From assembly GCF_036365525.1 (NCBI RefSeq), contig NC_090387.1, forward strand, positions 88,949,691 to 89,013,690: DNA of 64,000 nucleotides, given 5' to 3'. The DNA comes from Heterodontus francisci (lineage: Eukaryota). Of the stretch, positions 34,272 to 47,399 are shown in pieces. A program made the position numbers and the translations under genes. A model generated the notes under the pieces. That model had not been told where the DNA came from and did no database searches. It saw nothing but the letters and a program-made list of their open reading frames with translations. The first letter of the stretch is position 1, and each line of letters opens with the position of its first letter.

Positions 34272-35592
34272 GGTTCTCAAGTTCTACTCTGGAACATAAC
34301 GAGATGTTATTCTTAAATTTGAATGCGTCTCAATATATTCATAACTAAGTTAAGAAAAAGGCTAAAATGTTGAATATTTTCTGAATACGTTGAAAATCGT
34401 TTTACTTATCGTCAAACGTTACCATTTACAGCTGTGCGAAAAATACTCCTCATTTACTGAATTGCTCCAATAAAAGCAAAAACTAAATACAAACGATTTG
34501 CTGAAACTAAGGTGCTTTCAATTAGAAACGTAACCTTGTCTGAAGTATCCAGACATTGGCATTCTCCTCAAACATGATTGAATTTCACATTCCTGTTAGC
34601 AGTTAACTAACTCGTCGGACAGATTCCTCTGCAGTAGGGATCAGTTTTGTTTACCATAAAGGTTTGTATTTTCAATATAATGCATTGTAGTGAGGTTATG
34701 CAAACTTGTTCGCACATATTTTCTATTTTATGACGATGGTTAGATCAGTGCTTCTACGTAATTTGTGGTCATGACCGTATTACATTATAGATCGTTCAAT
34801 CACAGCGCTGAAAAAAAATTCGCTTTGACCAGAAGTAATGAGCATATTCATATTCACTATGGTGGGTATGCGTTCCCAGCATTGAACATTCCATGGACAA
34901 AGGGAAAATGAATGCGCTAAATATTAACCTTCACCTAATTGACCTTAAATATAGCCAAAGAGGAACAGCAGAGAGGGGAAAAAACGGGCTGAAAACAGAA
35001 CACCCTTTAAGCAAGGTACCTGATATTCATGAGGTTGGTGTTGGAAGGGGCCAGGGGAATAACGATCGGGATTTGGGAAGGCCAGGCCAGGGAGGCCCAA
35101 GGTTTCATTGCGGGACCCTGAGCGGCATTGCTTAAAATAATACTTTGCTCACTGGTCCTCTTCTATCCCTCAAAGCTGTCATCGAAAGCTGATCTGCATA
35201 TTTAAATTTAAAGCTCGAGCCGACAATACTCTGTTAGAAACATGCAAAACCTGTGGCTGATAATTCTCATTGTGTTATATGTTGTTATAGTACAATTTTG
35301 TAGATCCTGACACTTATGAATTCTAACTTATATTAATCAGGAAGGTAGCAGTTTTGTTGCTGTTGTATTGCGTTTCAGTATTACACTTCAATATGTAATA
35401 TACTCAGTGAATTATTCGTCGTCGTTTTTCGAAGTGACAAAGGCATGGATGGGGGTTTCAAAAGCGGATGAGCTAAGGTAGATGTAGAGGTGGTTCACAT
35501 AACACTCAACGAATGTGGTATTGGTTTAATTGGCATCAATGAAGTTCGAGCTCATGCCCAGCACACAACAAAGCGAGAAGCCAAAAAATATT

Positions 35593-36240
35593 ACTTATAA
35601 GCCCACCGAATCCCACAGCTACCTCGACTACACTTCTTCACTTCCTGCCTCCTGTCAGGACTCCATTCCATTCTCCCTGTTTTTCCGTCTCCAACGCATC
35701 TGCTCTGATGATGCAACCTTCCACAACATCGCTTCGGATATTTCTTCTTTTATTCCTCAACCGAGGATTCTCCCTCCCCTCCCCTCCCCCCACCCCATTA
35801 GGGTTCACAGGACTCTCAACCGAGTTCAGCCTGTTTCCCACCTTTCTGCCCTCATCCCTTCCCCTCCCTCCCAGAACTGTGACAGTGTTCCCCTTGTCCT
35901 CACTTTCCACGCCACCTGCCTCCACATCCAGAGGATCATCTTCTGCCATTTCCGTCACATCCAGTGTGATGCCACCACCAAACGCATCTTCCCCTCTGCA
36001 CCCTGTCTGCATTTCAAAGGGCTTGTTCCCTCCACGACACCCTGGTCCACTTCTCCAATACCCCCGACACCTCGCCCCTTCCCATGACACCTTCCCATGC
36101 AATCTCAGGAGATGCAATGCATGCCCATTTAGCTCCTTTCTTCTCACTGTCCAACGTCCCAAACACTTCTTTCAGGTGAAACAGCAATTTACGTGTACTT
36201 CTTTCAATTTAGCGTACTGTATTCGATGCTCACAATGCGG
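35593..36240 (+). mobile_element. Penelope-like element coding fragment (RT C-terminus, linker, start of GIY-YIG endonuclease)
   Basis: YKPTESHSYLDYTSS.P..C.DSIPFS.F.RL.RICSD, then PCNLRRCNAC..FQVKQQFTCTSFNLAYCIRCSQCG, typical of the PLE thumb, Cys-rich linker and GIY-YIG entry. Confidence 0.85.
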
Positions 36241-36259
36241 AAGTGCCAAGCGAGTGATC

Positions 36260-37908
36260 TATCTCAGCCCCCTCCTGAAGTTCCAGCATCACAGATGGCA
36301 GTCTTCAGCAAATTCGATTCATTCCATGTGATATCAGGAAACGACTGAAGATACTGGATACAGCAAAGGCTATAAACCCTGACACCATTCTGGCAATAGT
36401 GCTGAAGACCTGTCCTCCAGAACTTGCCGTGCCCCTTGCCAAGCTGTTCCAGTACAGCTACAGGAAATCTACCCAGCAACGTGGAAAAATGTCCAGTTAT
36501 ATCCTGTAAACAAAGAGCAGGACAAATCCAACCCGGCCAATTACCACACCATCAGTCTACTCTCAATCATCAATGAAATGATGGAAGGTGTCATTGACAG
36601 TGCTATCAAGCAGCACTTGCTTATCAATAACCTGCTCAGTGACGCTCAGTTTGGGTTCCATCAGGACCACTCAGCTCCTGACCCCATTACAGACTTGGTT
36701 CAAGCATGGATAAAAGATCTGAACTCAAGAGGTGAGGTGAGATTGACTGCCTTGTCATCAAGGCAGCATTTGTCCGAGTATGGCAACAAGGAGAACCTGC
36801 ACGACTGGAGTCAATGGGAATCAGCAGGAAAACTATCCACTGGTTGGAGTCATACCTGACACAAAGGAAGATCATTCTGGGCGTTGGAGGTCAATCATCT
36901 GAGCTCCAGGACATCACTGCAGGAGTTTCTCAGGGTAGTGTCCTTGGCCCAATCATCTTCAGCTGCTTCATCAATGACCTTCCTTCAATCATAAAGTCAG
37001 AAGTGGGGAGGTTCACTAATGATTGTATAATGTTCAGCACCATTCGTGACTCCTCAGATACTGAAGCAGTCCGTGTAGAAATACAGCCAGACCTAGACAA
37101 TATCCAGACTTGGACTGATAGGTAGCAAGTAACATTTGTGCCACACAACTGCTAATCAATGAAAATCTCAAACAAGAGCGAGGATCTAGCCATCTCCCCA
37201 TGACATTCAATGGCATTACGGTTGTTGAATCCCCCACTATCAACATCCTGGGGGTTATCATTGTCCAGAAACTGAACTGGAATAGCCAAATAAACACTGT
37301 GCTACAAGAGCAGGTCAGAGGCTAGGAATCCTGCAGCGAGTAACTGACCTCCTGACTCCCCAAAGCCTGTCCACCATCTACAAGGCACAAGTCAGGAGTG
37401 TGATGGAATATTCTCTACTTATCTGGATCGGAGCAGCTGCAACAGCACTCAAGAAGCTTGACACCATCCAGGACAAAGCAGCCACTTGATTGTCACTCCA
37501 TTCACAAACATTCACTCCCTCCACCACCGGCACACATTGGCAGCAATGTGTACAATCTATAAGATTCACTGTAACAACGCACCAAGGCTCCTTAGACAGC
37601 ACCTTCCAAACCCATGGCTTCTACCACCTAGAAGGACAAGGGCAGCAAATGCATGGGAACATCATCACCTGCAAGTTCCCCTCCAAGCCACACACCATCC
37701 TGACTTGGAACGATATCGCTATTTCTTCACCATCACTGGGTCAAAATTCTGGAACTCCCTTCCTCACAGCACTGTGGGCGTATCTACCCCAAATGGACTG
37801 CAGCAGTTCAAGATGGCAGCTCACCAACACCTTCTCAAGGGCAAGTAGGGATGGCAATAAATGCTGGCCAAGCCAGTGACGTCCACATCCCATGAACCAA
37901 TAAAAAAG
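36260..37908 (+). mobile_element. tRNA-headed-family CR1-group LINE, 5'-truncated
   Basis: ORFs 36578..36859, 36814..37125 (GVSQGSVLGP..FSCFINDL) and 37486..37848; 3' tail ggcaataaatgctggcc..cacatcccatgaa. Confidence 0.9.
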
Positions 37909-37909
37909 A

Positions 37910-38650
37910 TACTGAAACAGAGAATGACTGCAGAATTCCGAGGTGCAGAAGGATCTTGGTGTTCTAGTGCATGAGTCACAAAAAGTTAATATGCAAGTAC
38001 TAAAGAAGGATAAAGGAATGCTATCCTTTATTACGAGAGGAATTGAACAAAAAGTAAGGAGTTATGCTTCAATTACACATGACATTGGTGAGATCACATC
38101 TCGAATACAACATGCCTTTTTTGGATGCCTTATTTAAGGAAGGATGTAAATCTGTTGGAGGCAGTTCAGATGGGGTTTACTGGATTGATACCTGCAATGC
38201 GTGGATTGTCTTATGAGTAAAGGTAGGACAAACTGGGCTTGCTTTCACTGGAGTTTAGAAGAGTGAGGGGAGACTTCATTGAAGTATATAAGATCCTGCA
38301 CGATCTTGACAAGGTGGATGTGGAAGGCATGTTTCCTCTTGTGGGAAGTCCAGAACGAGGGGGCATTGTTTTAAAACAGGGGGTCGCCTCTTTAGGGCAG
38401 AGAAAAGGAGATTTTTTTTTTCTCTCGGATTGTTGTGCGACATTTGAATTATCCGCCTCAGAAGGTGGTGAAGGTGGGCTCTCTGAATATTTTTAAGGCA
38501 GAGGTAGATAGATTCTTGATAGGCAAGGGAATCAAAGGTTATGGGAATGTGGAATTCGAGACACAAACAGATTAGACATGATGTCATTGAATGGTGGAGC
38601 AGGCTCAAGGGGCCGAATGACCTCTGCTTCTAATTCGTATGTTCATATGT
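37910..38650 (+). mobile_element. CR1/L3 LINE 3' fragment
   Basis: QKDLGVLVHESQKV and SLEFRRVRGDFIEVYKIL; 3' UTR gaatggtggagcaggctcaaggggccgaatg. Confidence 0.8.
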
Positions 38651-38799
38651 TTATCTGCCATCATATCTTTTGATATAGTTTCCCAATCTACTGCAGCCAA
38701 CTCGACCCTCATGCCTACGTAGTTTGCTTTTTGAGATTCAAGATCATCGTGTCTGACTTCAATAAATCACTCAATCAATATAAATTTGTAGAATATTTA

Positions 38800-39125
38800 G
38801 GTGGTGCAGTGGTTAGCACCGCAGCCTCACAGCTCCAGCGACCCTAGTTCGATTCCGGGTACTGCCTGTGTGGAGTTTGCAAGTTCTCCCTGTGTCTGCG
38901 TGGGTTTCCTCCAGAGCACCCTCCCACATGCCAAAGATTTGCAGGTTGATAGGTAAATTGGCCATTATAAATTGCCCCTAGTATAGGTAGGTGGTAGGGA
39001 AATATAGGGACAGGTGGGGATGTGGTAGGAACATGGAATTAGTGTAGGATTAGTATAAATGGGTGGTTGATGGTCGGCACAGACTCAGTGGGCCGAAGGG
39101 CCTGTTTCAGTGCTGTAGCACTAAA
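38800..39125 (+). mobile_element. HE1-like V-SINE, near full-length
   Basis: Colinear with 19994-20345. Confidence 0.88.
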
Positions 39126-39907
39126 CAATATTATGGGCACTTAAAGTGGATGAAGTACCAGGAACACATGAGATGCATCCAAGGATACTGAGGAACGTGA
39201 GGCAAATCGCAGAGGCACTGGCCATAATTTTTCAGTCTTCCTTAGACTCGGGGGTAGTGCCAGAGAGCTGGAGAAATGCAAACGTTACAACCTTGTAAGT
39301 CCAGCAACTACATGCCAGTCAGTTTAACCTCAATGATGGGAAATTTTCTAGGACAAAATAATTTGGGGTACAATCAATAGTCACATCGACAAATGCATGT
39401 TAATTAAGAGAAGCCAGCATGGATTTCTTAAGAGAAAATTATGTTTAATTAACTTACTGGAGTTTTTTGAGGAGGTAACAGAGAGGGTTGATGAGGTCAA
39501 TGCTGTTGATGTGGTGCACATCAACTTTCAAAAGCGTTTGATGTAGTGCCACGCAACAGACCTGTGAGCAAACTTGTAGCTCATGGATTAAAAGGGATGG
39601 TAGAAACATGGATACAAAATTGGCTGAGTGACAGGAAACAAATGAGTATGCGTTAGTGGATGTTTTTCAGCTGGAGGAAGGTTTGTAGTGGAGTTCCCCA
39701 GGATTCAGTGTTGGACCCTTGCTTTTCCTGATATATATTAATAACCTTGGTGTATGGGGCACAATTTCAAGGTTTGCAGAAGATATGAACCTTGGAAGCA
39801 TTGTGAACTATAAGGAGGATAGTGTAGAACTTCAAAAGGACTTGGACAAGCTGGTGGAATGGGCAGACAGGTGGCAAATGAAGTTCAGTGCAGAGAAATG
39901 TGAAGTG

Positions 39908-40804
39908 CATAATTACCAGGTAAGGAAGGGGTTCAGGGCTCCCCCTTTCAACCTCTTCTTGGTTTGGCCATAAGAGATTTTAAATTGTTAAAAACACTGT
40001 GCTTTAGCTTCCTTTTCAGTGAGTCCTTGCTTACTGCTCTCTAATTGTCATGACAAAAAAAAAATCAACAAGACAGGTCTTCTCAAATTTTAACAAGAAA
40101 AATGTAGGTTTATTGACCTTAAAACTCTAATTCAGTTATAACCACAAAAAATACACAATGTAACCATGCTAGCATGCATACATACGTGATGAACAGATAC
40201 GCAAATAGAGACAGGAGGAGAAAGAAGGGGAAAGGTTTGAATAATAGCTGGAGTTCAGTTACTGGCTTTGGGTTTGATGTCAAGTATTTGTTGAAGTTAA
40301 GTCTTGCAGTTCTCATTGGGGCCCAGTGCACACTTTCAAACATGTTTTGCTGGTCTTCTGTCTTGGGCTTAAATTACTTCCACGGGTCACTGGAATGTTA
40401 CTTAAGAGAGAAACAGGGAGAGACCTTCCTTCTCTTTTGTCTTTAAATTGCAGTCTCTTCCAAAACAGGGTGGCACAATTCAAACAACCCCCAGGTTGAC
40501 AGCAGGTTAGTCGTGTGACCAGCTCCTTATTTAGAACAACCTCTCCTGTGGAGTTTGTGGATTTCCTCAAGCTTAGCAGACACTCAGTGAGCTGGGTGGG
40601 AGCAGGGTGGAATGCCAGCTCATTGAAAAAAATCATTGTCTTCTTCAGGCAACTGTCTTTTAGAATGCAAATGTGCCACCATGTGTTTAGCCATTGTTGG
40701 GGCCTTTTTAAACAAATTATTTCAAGTCCAGTTGCCATTCAAAAATAATGTTCCATATATCAAAATTAATATCTCTTATTTTGGCAGGTGTGATTTCCAT
40801 CACA
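39908..40804 (-). repeat. 3' LTR
   Basis: Direct repeat of 44036-45015 (accaggtaag.aagggg ... tttccatcaca). Confidence 0.85.
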
Positions 40805-43800
40805 CATCCACAACTAGTGGAATGAAATGCAATATTAGGAGAGCATTTCATTCCAAAAAAATAGAATGAAGAGAAAGTACAGGGAAACACACATGCATTT
40901 ATCTCATTCATCCTCGTTCATTCGGAAATCCTAAACATTGTCACAGCCTGTCTTTCCTTTGTAGCAGTGCTGCTTTAAACTGTCCCTTTTCCCTTGAAGT
41001 GGGCCTGAGATAGTTATGTGTCGTCCAAAGCGGTTTAAAGTTTCTTCAATATCAGCCTGAAATACATTGGGAATGGGCATCCCAAAAACATGTGATTTTT
41101 GGGTTGCAGCGTGCACATTTCTATGATGGCCTCGGGTGCCTTTGTTCTTGTTGAGGTCTGCAAGAACAGGGTTAGATTGAGTTAGCCCTGGTTTGCTGTT
41201 CTGCTCATGAGAGTCGGCAGTGGGTGGATCCACGATGTTCTCTCTTTCTGTGCTTTGATGAGTCATGCAAGGGCTTTTCACTTTAGGGTATATTTGGTTC
41301 CCTTTTCTCCTGACAGTGATAGAGGATTCTTTGCTAATCTTCCCTTTGTCCTCGGGGACACGCCTGTTTGAAGATATTTGTCCAGATTCCACTGAAAACC
41401 CTGCGGCACTTCGGCTAGGTGAGGCATCGCCCTCACGGTTTCTTTGCCCTCTTGAGGACTTTCTTTGTCTCTGCAAGTTTCTGTAAATGCTGTTAGCAAC
41501 TCTGGCATCTGCATTTACAGAGGAGGATGTGGGGTCTAATTTTTCCAACATTTCGGGGTTGGCTGACCAGACACTAGGGGTTTTGTTCTGTGAATCCTCT
41601 AGAATCTCCTTTAACCTGTCCCCTTTGTCCCTTTTGTCCATTTTCCTCAATAACTTTTTGACAGCCCTGTGTCTTTCTGTCCTCTTTTGTTCTCAGTAGT
41701 GGTCCCTTACAATTCACCAGCCCTCTGCAGGAGGACTTCCCAAAAGCCAATACAGGAATTAGGGATGCAGATTTCACTATGGGTTGGGGTTTCCCATCAC
41801 CCAGGCACATGTGGTAACTCCTATAGTATTCCAGCACTTCTTTATGGAGTTTAGGCCAATCAAACTGCTGACTTATGCAGGCTTTGCTTTTTCATATACC
41901 AACGTGTACAGCCATTTTAATCTCATGGGCCATTCTTAATATTTCTCTCTGGTACCACTGCAATACCATTAATGGGTGAACCACTGTCCACTCTTTGTCT
42001 TCAGGTCTGTGAGGAGAACACCACTTCCTCATCAGTACCTCATTCTTTAAATAGTAGCAATCAGGGACTCCCTCTGTTCCCATTTCGGACTGGGTAGCCT
42101 GTGCTAACTTTCAGTATTGGGTCAGTTCTCTGAGCCTCAGGTAGGGAAGATCCACTTAATTCATTCCCCGGGTCATCTAACTATCCAAAGAAAGTCTCAG
42201 AAAGACATACAGACAGACAGACATCTGCCTGCAGTGTCAATTCAGTCTCCTCTGGGGGAACTAGTTTGATTGTGGCCCGATTCACTGCACATTCAGGGGG
42301 ACTGCAGGGGACCATCTCCTGCCACTGCCCTGTCTCTCTGACCTCCTGCGGTCTCTCTTTCACTTCTGGGGAAGCTACCATTTTTGCCCCTGCCAGATCA
42401 TTACCGAGGAGCAGGTCAACCCAGTCCACAGGCAAACCAGGGACAATCTCTACAGTCACCAGTCCCGAAACTAGGTCACATTCCAAGTGCACCCGATGTA
42501 AAGGTATATGTGTACACTGCCCTCCAATACCATTCACCACCATTCTGGTATTACGGCACTCCCTGGGATACAGTCAGGCCTTTTCCCAGCAAAAGGGATC
42601 TCATGGCCCCTGTGACCCTGAGGAATACGATGGGCTTGCTTGCCCCGCTCGAGGTATATGGGGTTACTCTCCCTTGTGACACAAAATCCTGATAACCTTC
42701 AGGAATCTTATTAAATTTTCCTGCACCCACAGTAGTATATTTCCTGGGCCTTACTACTGCTGCAGTTAAAGCCACAGCTTGCTCAGCTGTGATTTCCATC
42801 AGGGTCCATTCGCCTGCACTGAGCGGCTGTGCCCTAATTAATGGGTGACCTGCTTTTCCTTCTCTCCCAGGACTGCCTGGGCTTCTATCACCTTCCCAGG
42901 CTTTGTCCTTTTTGAATTTGCGGGGGTGACTAGGAAAGGTTTTGCCCTGGGAAACCGACTTGTATATAACAGCAAACTTATCAGCCAGAACTGTGGCTTG
43001 CCTTGCTCCATGAACTTTTTGTTCCTCCACATGAGTCTTTATGGAGAGTGGGAGAAAGTTTGCAAATTCCTCCAGCAAACTTACCTCTCTGAGGGATTCA
43101 CAGCTGGGTGGCACTTTAAGAGCCCTCAAAACCTGGTAAAAAAAAAGCCAGCTGCTTACTTCTCTCAAACTGCAGGTAAGTTTAATCTGCTTGCTTCCTG
43201 AGGGTTTGAAACTTTTGGCGGTAGGCTTCCAATACAAACTCATATGCCTCGAGGATAGCATTTTTTGTCAGTTCATAATTGAATGAACACTCATCTGGCA
43301 ACAGGGAATAAACTTCATGAGCTTTTCCAGTGAGCTTACTTTGCAGAAGAAGAGTCCTGATCTCAGCTGGACACTTTAACTGCCTTGCAAGTTTCTCAAA
43401 AGATACAAAAAATGCTTCCGTGTATCCCTCATTGAATTTTGGGATCAATTTGGAAAATGTTAACAATTCTGCACATGCCCCCGCACTTCTTTCTTCCATG
43501 CTTTCACTGGGTTTACTCTGTTGTCCCCTAGTTAACTCAAGCCGCCTCAGCACCCTTTCCTCACATTCCTTCTGGAAGGTTCTTTCTCTCCCTCTCTCTT
43601 GTCTTTCTCTCTCTCTCTGTCTGCTCTCTCTCTTTTTCTTGTCTGCTAATTCAAGTTTTCTCTGTTCCTCTCCTAGCTTTGCTATTTCTATTTCTAAAGC
43701 TGTCTCTGCTTCTTCAGATTCAAGGGAAAAATTGTTGGCCACTAGACTTAGGAGTTCGGACATCCTAGCCTTGGCATAGACAGTGATCCCACACTACTCA

Positions 43801-44009
43801 TTCCATATCTCTCAATTCTTCCATAGACAGTGCCTTTAACTTATCCCAAGTTACTTCATCCTGGCTTAGATAGTTACTGGCTTCAGTCACAGACATGTCA
43901 GTATTCTAACACACACAACCACAAGAAAATATGCATTGAAATCTTTTCTCTTTTTGATTGGAATCAATTTGATTTCCCACTTCCAATTTCTCATTTGTCT
44001 GAGGGTCCA

Positions 44010-44029
44010 ATCCAGGATGCTAGCCCCCA
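44010..44029 (-). promoter_or_regulatory. Primer-binding site, tRNA-Pro-like (degenerate)
   Basis: Minus strand reads TGGGGGCTAGCATCCTGGAT just inside the 5' LTR, compared with the canonical Pro PBS TGGGGGCTCGTCCGGGAT. Confidence 0.65.
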
Positions 44030-44035
44030 AATTTC

Positions 44036-45015
44036 TGTTATGACCAGGTAAGAAAGGGGTCCAAGGCTCCACCTCTCAACCTCTTCCTGGTTTGGCCAAA
44101 ACAGGGTTTAACTTATTAAAACATCGTGTTTTAGCTTCCCTCTCAGTGAGTCTTTGCTTACTGCTCTCTAACTGTAATGGCGAAGAAATCAACCAGACAG
44201 TTTTCTCAGATTTGAACAAGAAACGTGTAAGATTTTTAACCTTAAAACTCTAATTCAGTAGAAACTACTAAAAATTACACAACACGACCATGCTAGCAGA
44301 CATACACGATAAACACACACACAAATAGAGACAGGAGGAGAAAGAAGGGGAAAATTTTGAAATAATAGCTGGAGTTCAGTTACTGGCTTTGAGTTTGATG
44401 TAAAATCTTTGTTGAAGTTAATTCTTGCAGTTCTTGTTGGGGCCGAGTGCACACTTTCAAACGTGTTTCATTGATCTTCTGTCTTGGGGCTGACGTTACT
44501 TCCATGAGTCACTGGAAATTTGATAGAGAGAGAGAGAGACAGGGAGAGACCTTCCTTCTCTTTTGTCTTCAAATTGCAGTCTCTTCCAAAAGTAAATGGC
44601 ACAATTCAAACAACCCCCAGGTTGACAGCAGGTTAATCATGTGACTAGCTCCTTATTTAGAACAACCTCTCCTGCAGGATTTGTGGATTTCTTCAAGCTT
44701 TGCACACACTCTCAGTGGGGGTGGGGGGTGGGGGGGCGGGGAGGTGGAATGCCAGTTCATTGACAAAATCCATCAGGCTAATTGAATCAGGGGTGCACTC
44801 TCACTGTCTTCTTCAGGTAACTGTCTTTTAGAATGCAAATGTCCTGCCATGTTTTCAGCCACTGTCCTTTAGAATTCAAATGAGCAGCCAGGTTTTCAGC
44901 CACTACTGTGTTTTTTTTTTTAAACAAGTTATTTCAAGTCCATTGACACTCCAAAAATAATGTCCAAATGACCAAATTAATATGTCTCACTTTGGCAAGT
45001 GTGGTTTCCATCACA
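44036..45015 (-). repeat. 5' LTR (TG...CA)
   Basis: Begins tgttatgaccagg and ends tttccatcaca; adjacent to the PBS. Confidence 0.88.
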
Positions 45016-45409
45016 TATTGGTAGGAAGAACATGGAGAAACAATATAAAATAAAGGTAACAATTCTAAAATGGGTGAAGCAGCAGAGGGACCTAGGTGTG
45101 TATGTGCATCAGTCATTGAAGCTACCAGGAGAGGTTGAGAGAGCTGTGAATAAAACATACAGTATCCTGGGCTTTATTAATAGGGGCATAGAGTAGAAGA
45201 GCAAGGAAGTTATGTTGAACCTGCAGAAGACACGACTTCAGCCTCAGCTGGAGTGCTGCATCCAGTTCTGGAAGCTGCACTTTAGGAAAGACATGAGGGC
45301 ATTGGAGAGAGTACAGAAAATATTCACGAGAATGTCTCCAGGGATGAGGAATTTCAGTTATGAAGATATATTGGAGAAGTTAGGACTGTTTTCCTTGGAG
45401 AAGAGGAGG

Positions 45410-47003
45410 ACCAAAGAGAAGGACCTGGTGCATGATGAGCCAAGGGAAGGGAGTGTAGATAGTCTCAGTCATCTCATTATCAAAAAGGAGGAGGTGTTGA
45501 GTGAATTGCAAAGCATTAAGGTAGATAAGTCCCCAGGGCCTGATGGTATCAACCCCAGAATACTGAGGGAGGCAAGGGAAGAAATTGCTGGGGCCTTGAC
45601 AGAAATCTTTGCATCCTCATTGGCTACAGGTGAGGTCCCAGAGGACTGGACAATAGGCAATGTTGTTCCTTTGTTTAAGAAGGGTAGCAAGGATAATCCA
45701 GGAAATTATAGGCCGGTGAGCCTTACGTCAGTGGTAGGGAAACTATTAGAGAGGATTCTTCGGGACAGGATTTACTCCCATTTGACTGAGGTTTTTGAGA
45801 AAGTGATGAAGATGATTGATGAAGGAAGGGCAGTGTATGTTATCTATATGGACTTCAGTAAAGCCTTTGACAAGGTCCCTCATGGCAGACTGGTACAAAA
45901 GGTGAAGTCACATGGGATCAGAGGTGAGCTGGCAAGATGGATACAGAACTGGCTTGGTCATAGAAGGCACAGGGGAGCAGTGGAAGGGTGCTTTTCTGAA
46001 TGGAGGGATGTGACTAGTGGTGTTCTGCAGGGATCAGTGCTGGGACCTTTGCTGTTTGTAGTATATATAAATGATTTGGAGGAAAATGTAGCTGGTCTGA
46101 TCAGTAAGTTTTCAGATGACACAAAGGTTGGTGGAGTTGCGGATAGTGATGAGGATTGTCAAAGGATACAGCAGGATATAGATCGGTTGGAGACTTGGGC
46201 GGAGAAATGGCAGATGGAGTTTAATCCGGACTAATGTGAGGTAATGCATTTTGGAAGGTCTAATGCAGGTGGGAGATACACAGTAAATGGCAGAGAGATC
46301 TGGGCGTACAGGTCCACAGGTCACTGAAAGTGGCAACGCAGGTGGATAAGGTAGTCAAGAAGGCATACGGCATGCTTGCCTTCATCAGTTGGGGCATAGA
46401 GTATAAAAATTGGCAAGTCATGCTGCAGCTGTACAGAACTTTAGAGAGGCCACACTTTGAATATTGCGTACAATTCTGGTCACCACACTCCCAGAAGGAC
46501 GTGGAGATTTTGGAGGGGGTGCAGAAGAGGTTTACCAGGATGTTGCCTGGTCTGGAGGGCATTAGCTATGAGGAGAGGTTGGATAAACTCAGATTGTTTT
46601 CACTGGAACGGCGGAGGTGGAGGGGCGACCTGATAGAGGTTTACAAAGTTATGAGCGGCATGGACAGAGTGGATAGTCAGAAGCTTTTTCCCCAGAGTGG
46701 AAGCGTCAGTTACTAGGGGACGTAGGTTTAAGGTGCGAGGGGCAAAGTTTAGAGGGGATGTGCGAGGCAAGTTCTTTACACAGAGGGTGGTGAGTGCCTG
46801 GAACTTGCTGCCGGGGGAGGTGGTGGAAGCAGGTACGATAGCGACGTTTAAGAGGCATCTTGACAAATACATGAATAGGATGTGAATAGAGGGATATGGT
46901 CCCTGGAAGTGCAGAAGGATTTAGTTTAGGCAGGCATCAAGATCGGCGCAGGCTTGGAGGGCCGAATAGCCTGTTCCTGTGCTGCACTGTTATTTGTTCT
47001 TTG
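45410..47003 (+). mobile_element. Younger CR1/L3 LINE inserted into the older CR1
   Basis: Closely similar to 4750-6575 (ORFs 45212..46234 in part and 46330..46716), with two internal deletions and the same tail gatcggcgcaggcttggagggccgaa. Confidence 0.9.
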
Positions 47004-47399
47004 ACGCTGAGAGGTGATTTGATAAAGGTATTCAAAATCATCAGGGGTCTGGACAGAGCAGATGGAGAGAAACTGTTCCTACTCGTGAAAGGATCGAGAA
47101 TGAGGGGGCACAGATTTAAAGTATTTGGTAAGAGAAGCAAAAGTGACATGAGGAAAAACTTTTTCATGCAGCGAGTGGTTAACATCTGGAATGCGCTGCC
47201 TGAAAACGTGGTGGAGGCAGGTTCAATTGAAGTATTCAAAAGGGAATTAGACAATTACATGAAAAGGGAGAATATGCAGGGTTATAGGGAGAAGGCAGGG
47301 GGATGGAACTGAGCGAATTGTGCTTTCAGGGAGCCAGTGCGGACATGATGGGCTGAATTGCCTCCTTCTGCACTGTTATGATTGCGATTGTGTCACTCA

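Larger units (their letters stand above)
39908..45015 (-). mobile_element. Ty3/Gypsy Gmr1-like LTR retroelement with SCAN-type gag, non-autonomous (no RT/RNase H)
   Basis: Two ~0.9-1 kb direct repeats. Internal minus-strand ORFs: gag (LIPKFNE..EAFFVSFEKLA..LTGKAHEVYS..AYRQKF), protease (FLRVTGA for LRDTGA; DLLLGNDLAG) and integrase Zn-finger remnant (ILRMAHE..HVGI..YYRSYHMC). Confidence 0.88.
39135..47392 (+). mobile_element. CR1/L3 LINE acting as host for nested insertions (segments 39135-39907, 45016-45409, 47004-47392)
   Basis: Sequence runs on across the inserts (gagaaatgtgaagtg...ttggtaggaagaacatgg; gaagaggag...gctgagagg) when compared with the related copy at 16795-19015. Confidence 0.85.

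Noticed and set aside
33400-35590. Apparent CpG retention in the unique DNA around the gene compared with the right half of the window
   Set aside because: Impression only; I could not quantify it, and the region is too AT-rich to call a CpG island.
43182-43763. SCAN-domain zinc-finger host gene
   Set aside because: It lies between LTRs just downstream of a PBS, with no C2H2 array; this is retroelement gag.
45212-46234. 340-aa ORF with RT C-terminal motifs placed before N-terminal motifs (apparent permuted RT)
   Set aside because: Chance in-frame fusion created by a young CR1 inserting into the 3' part of an older CR1 at ~45410.
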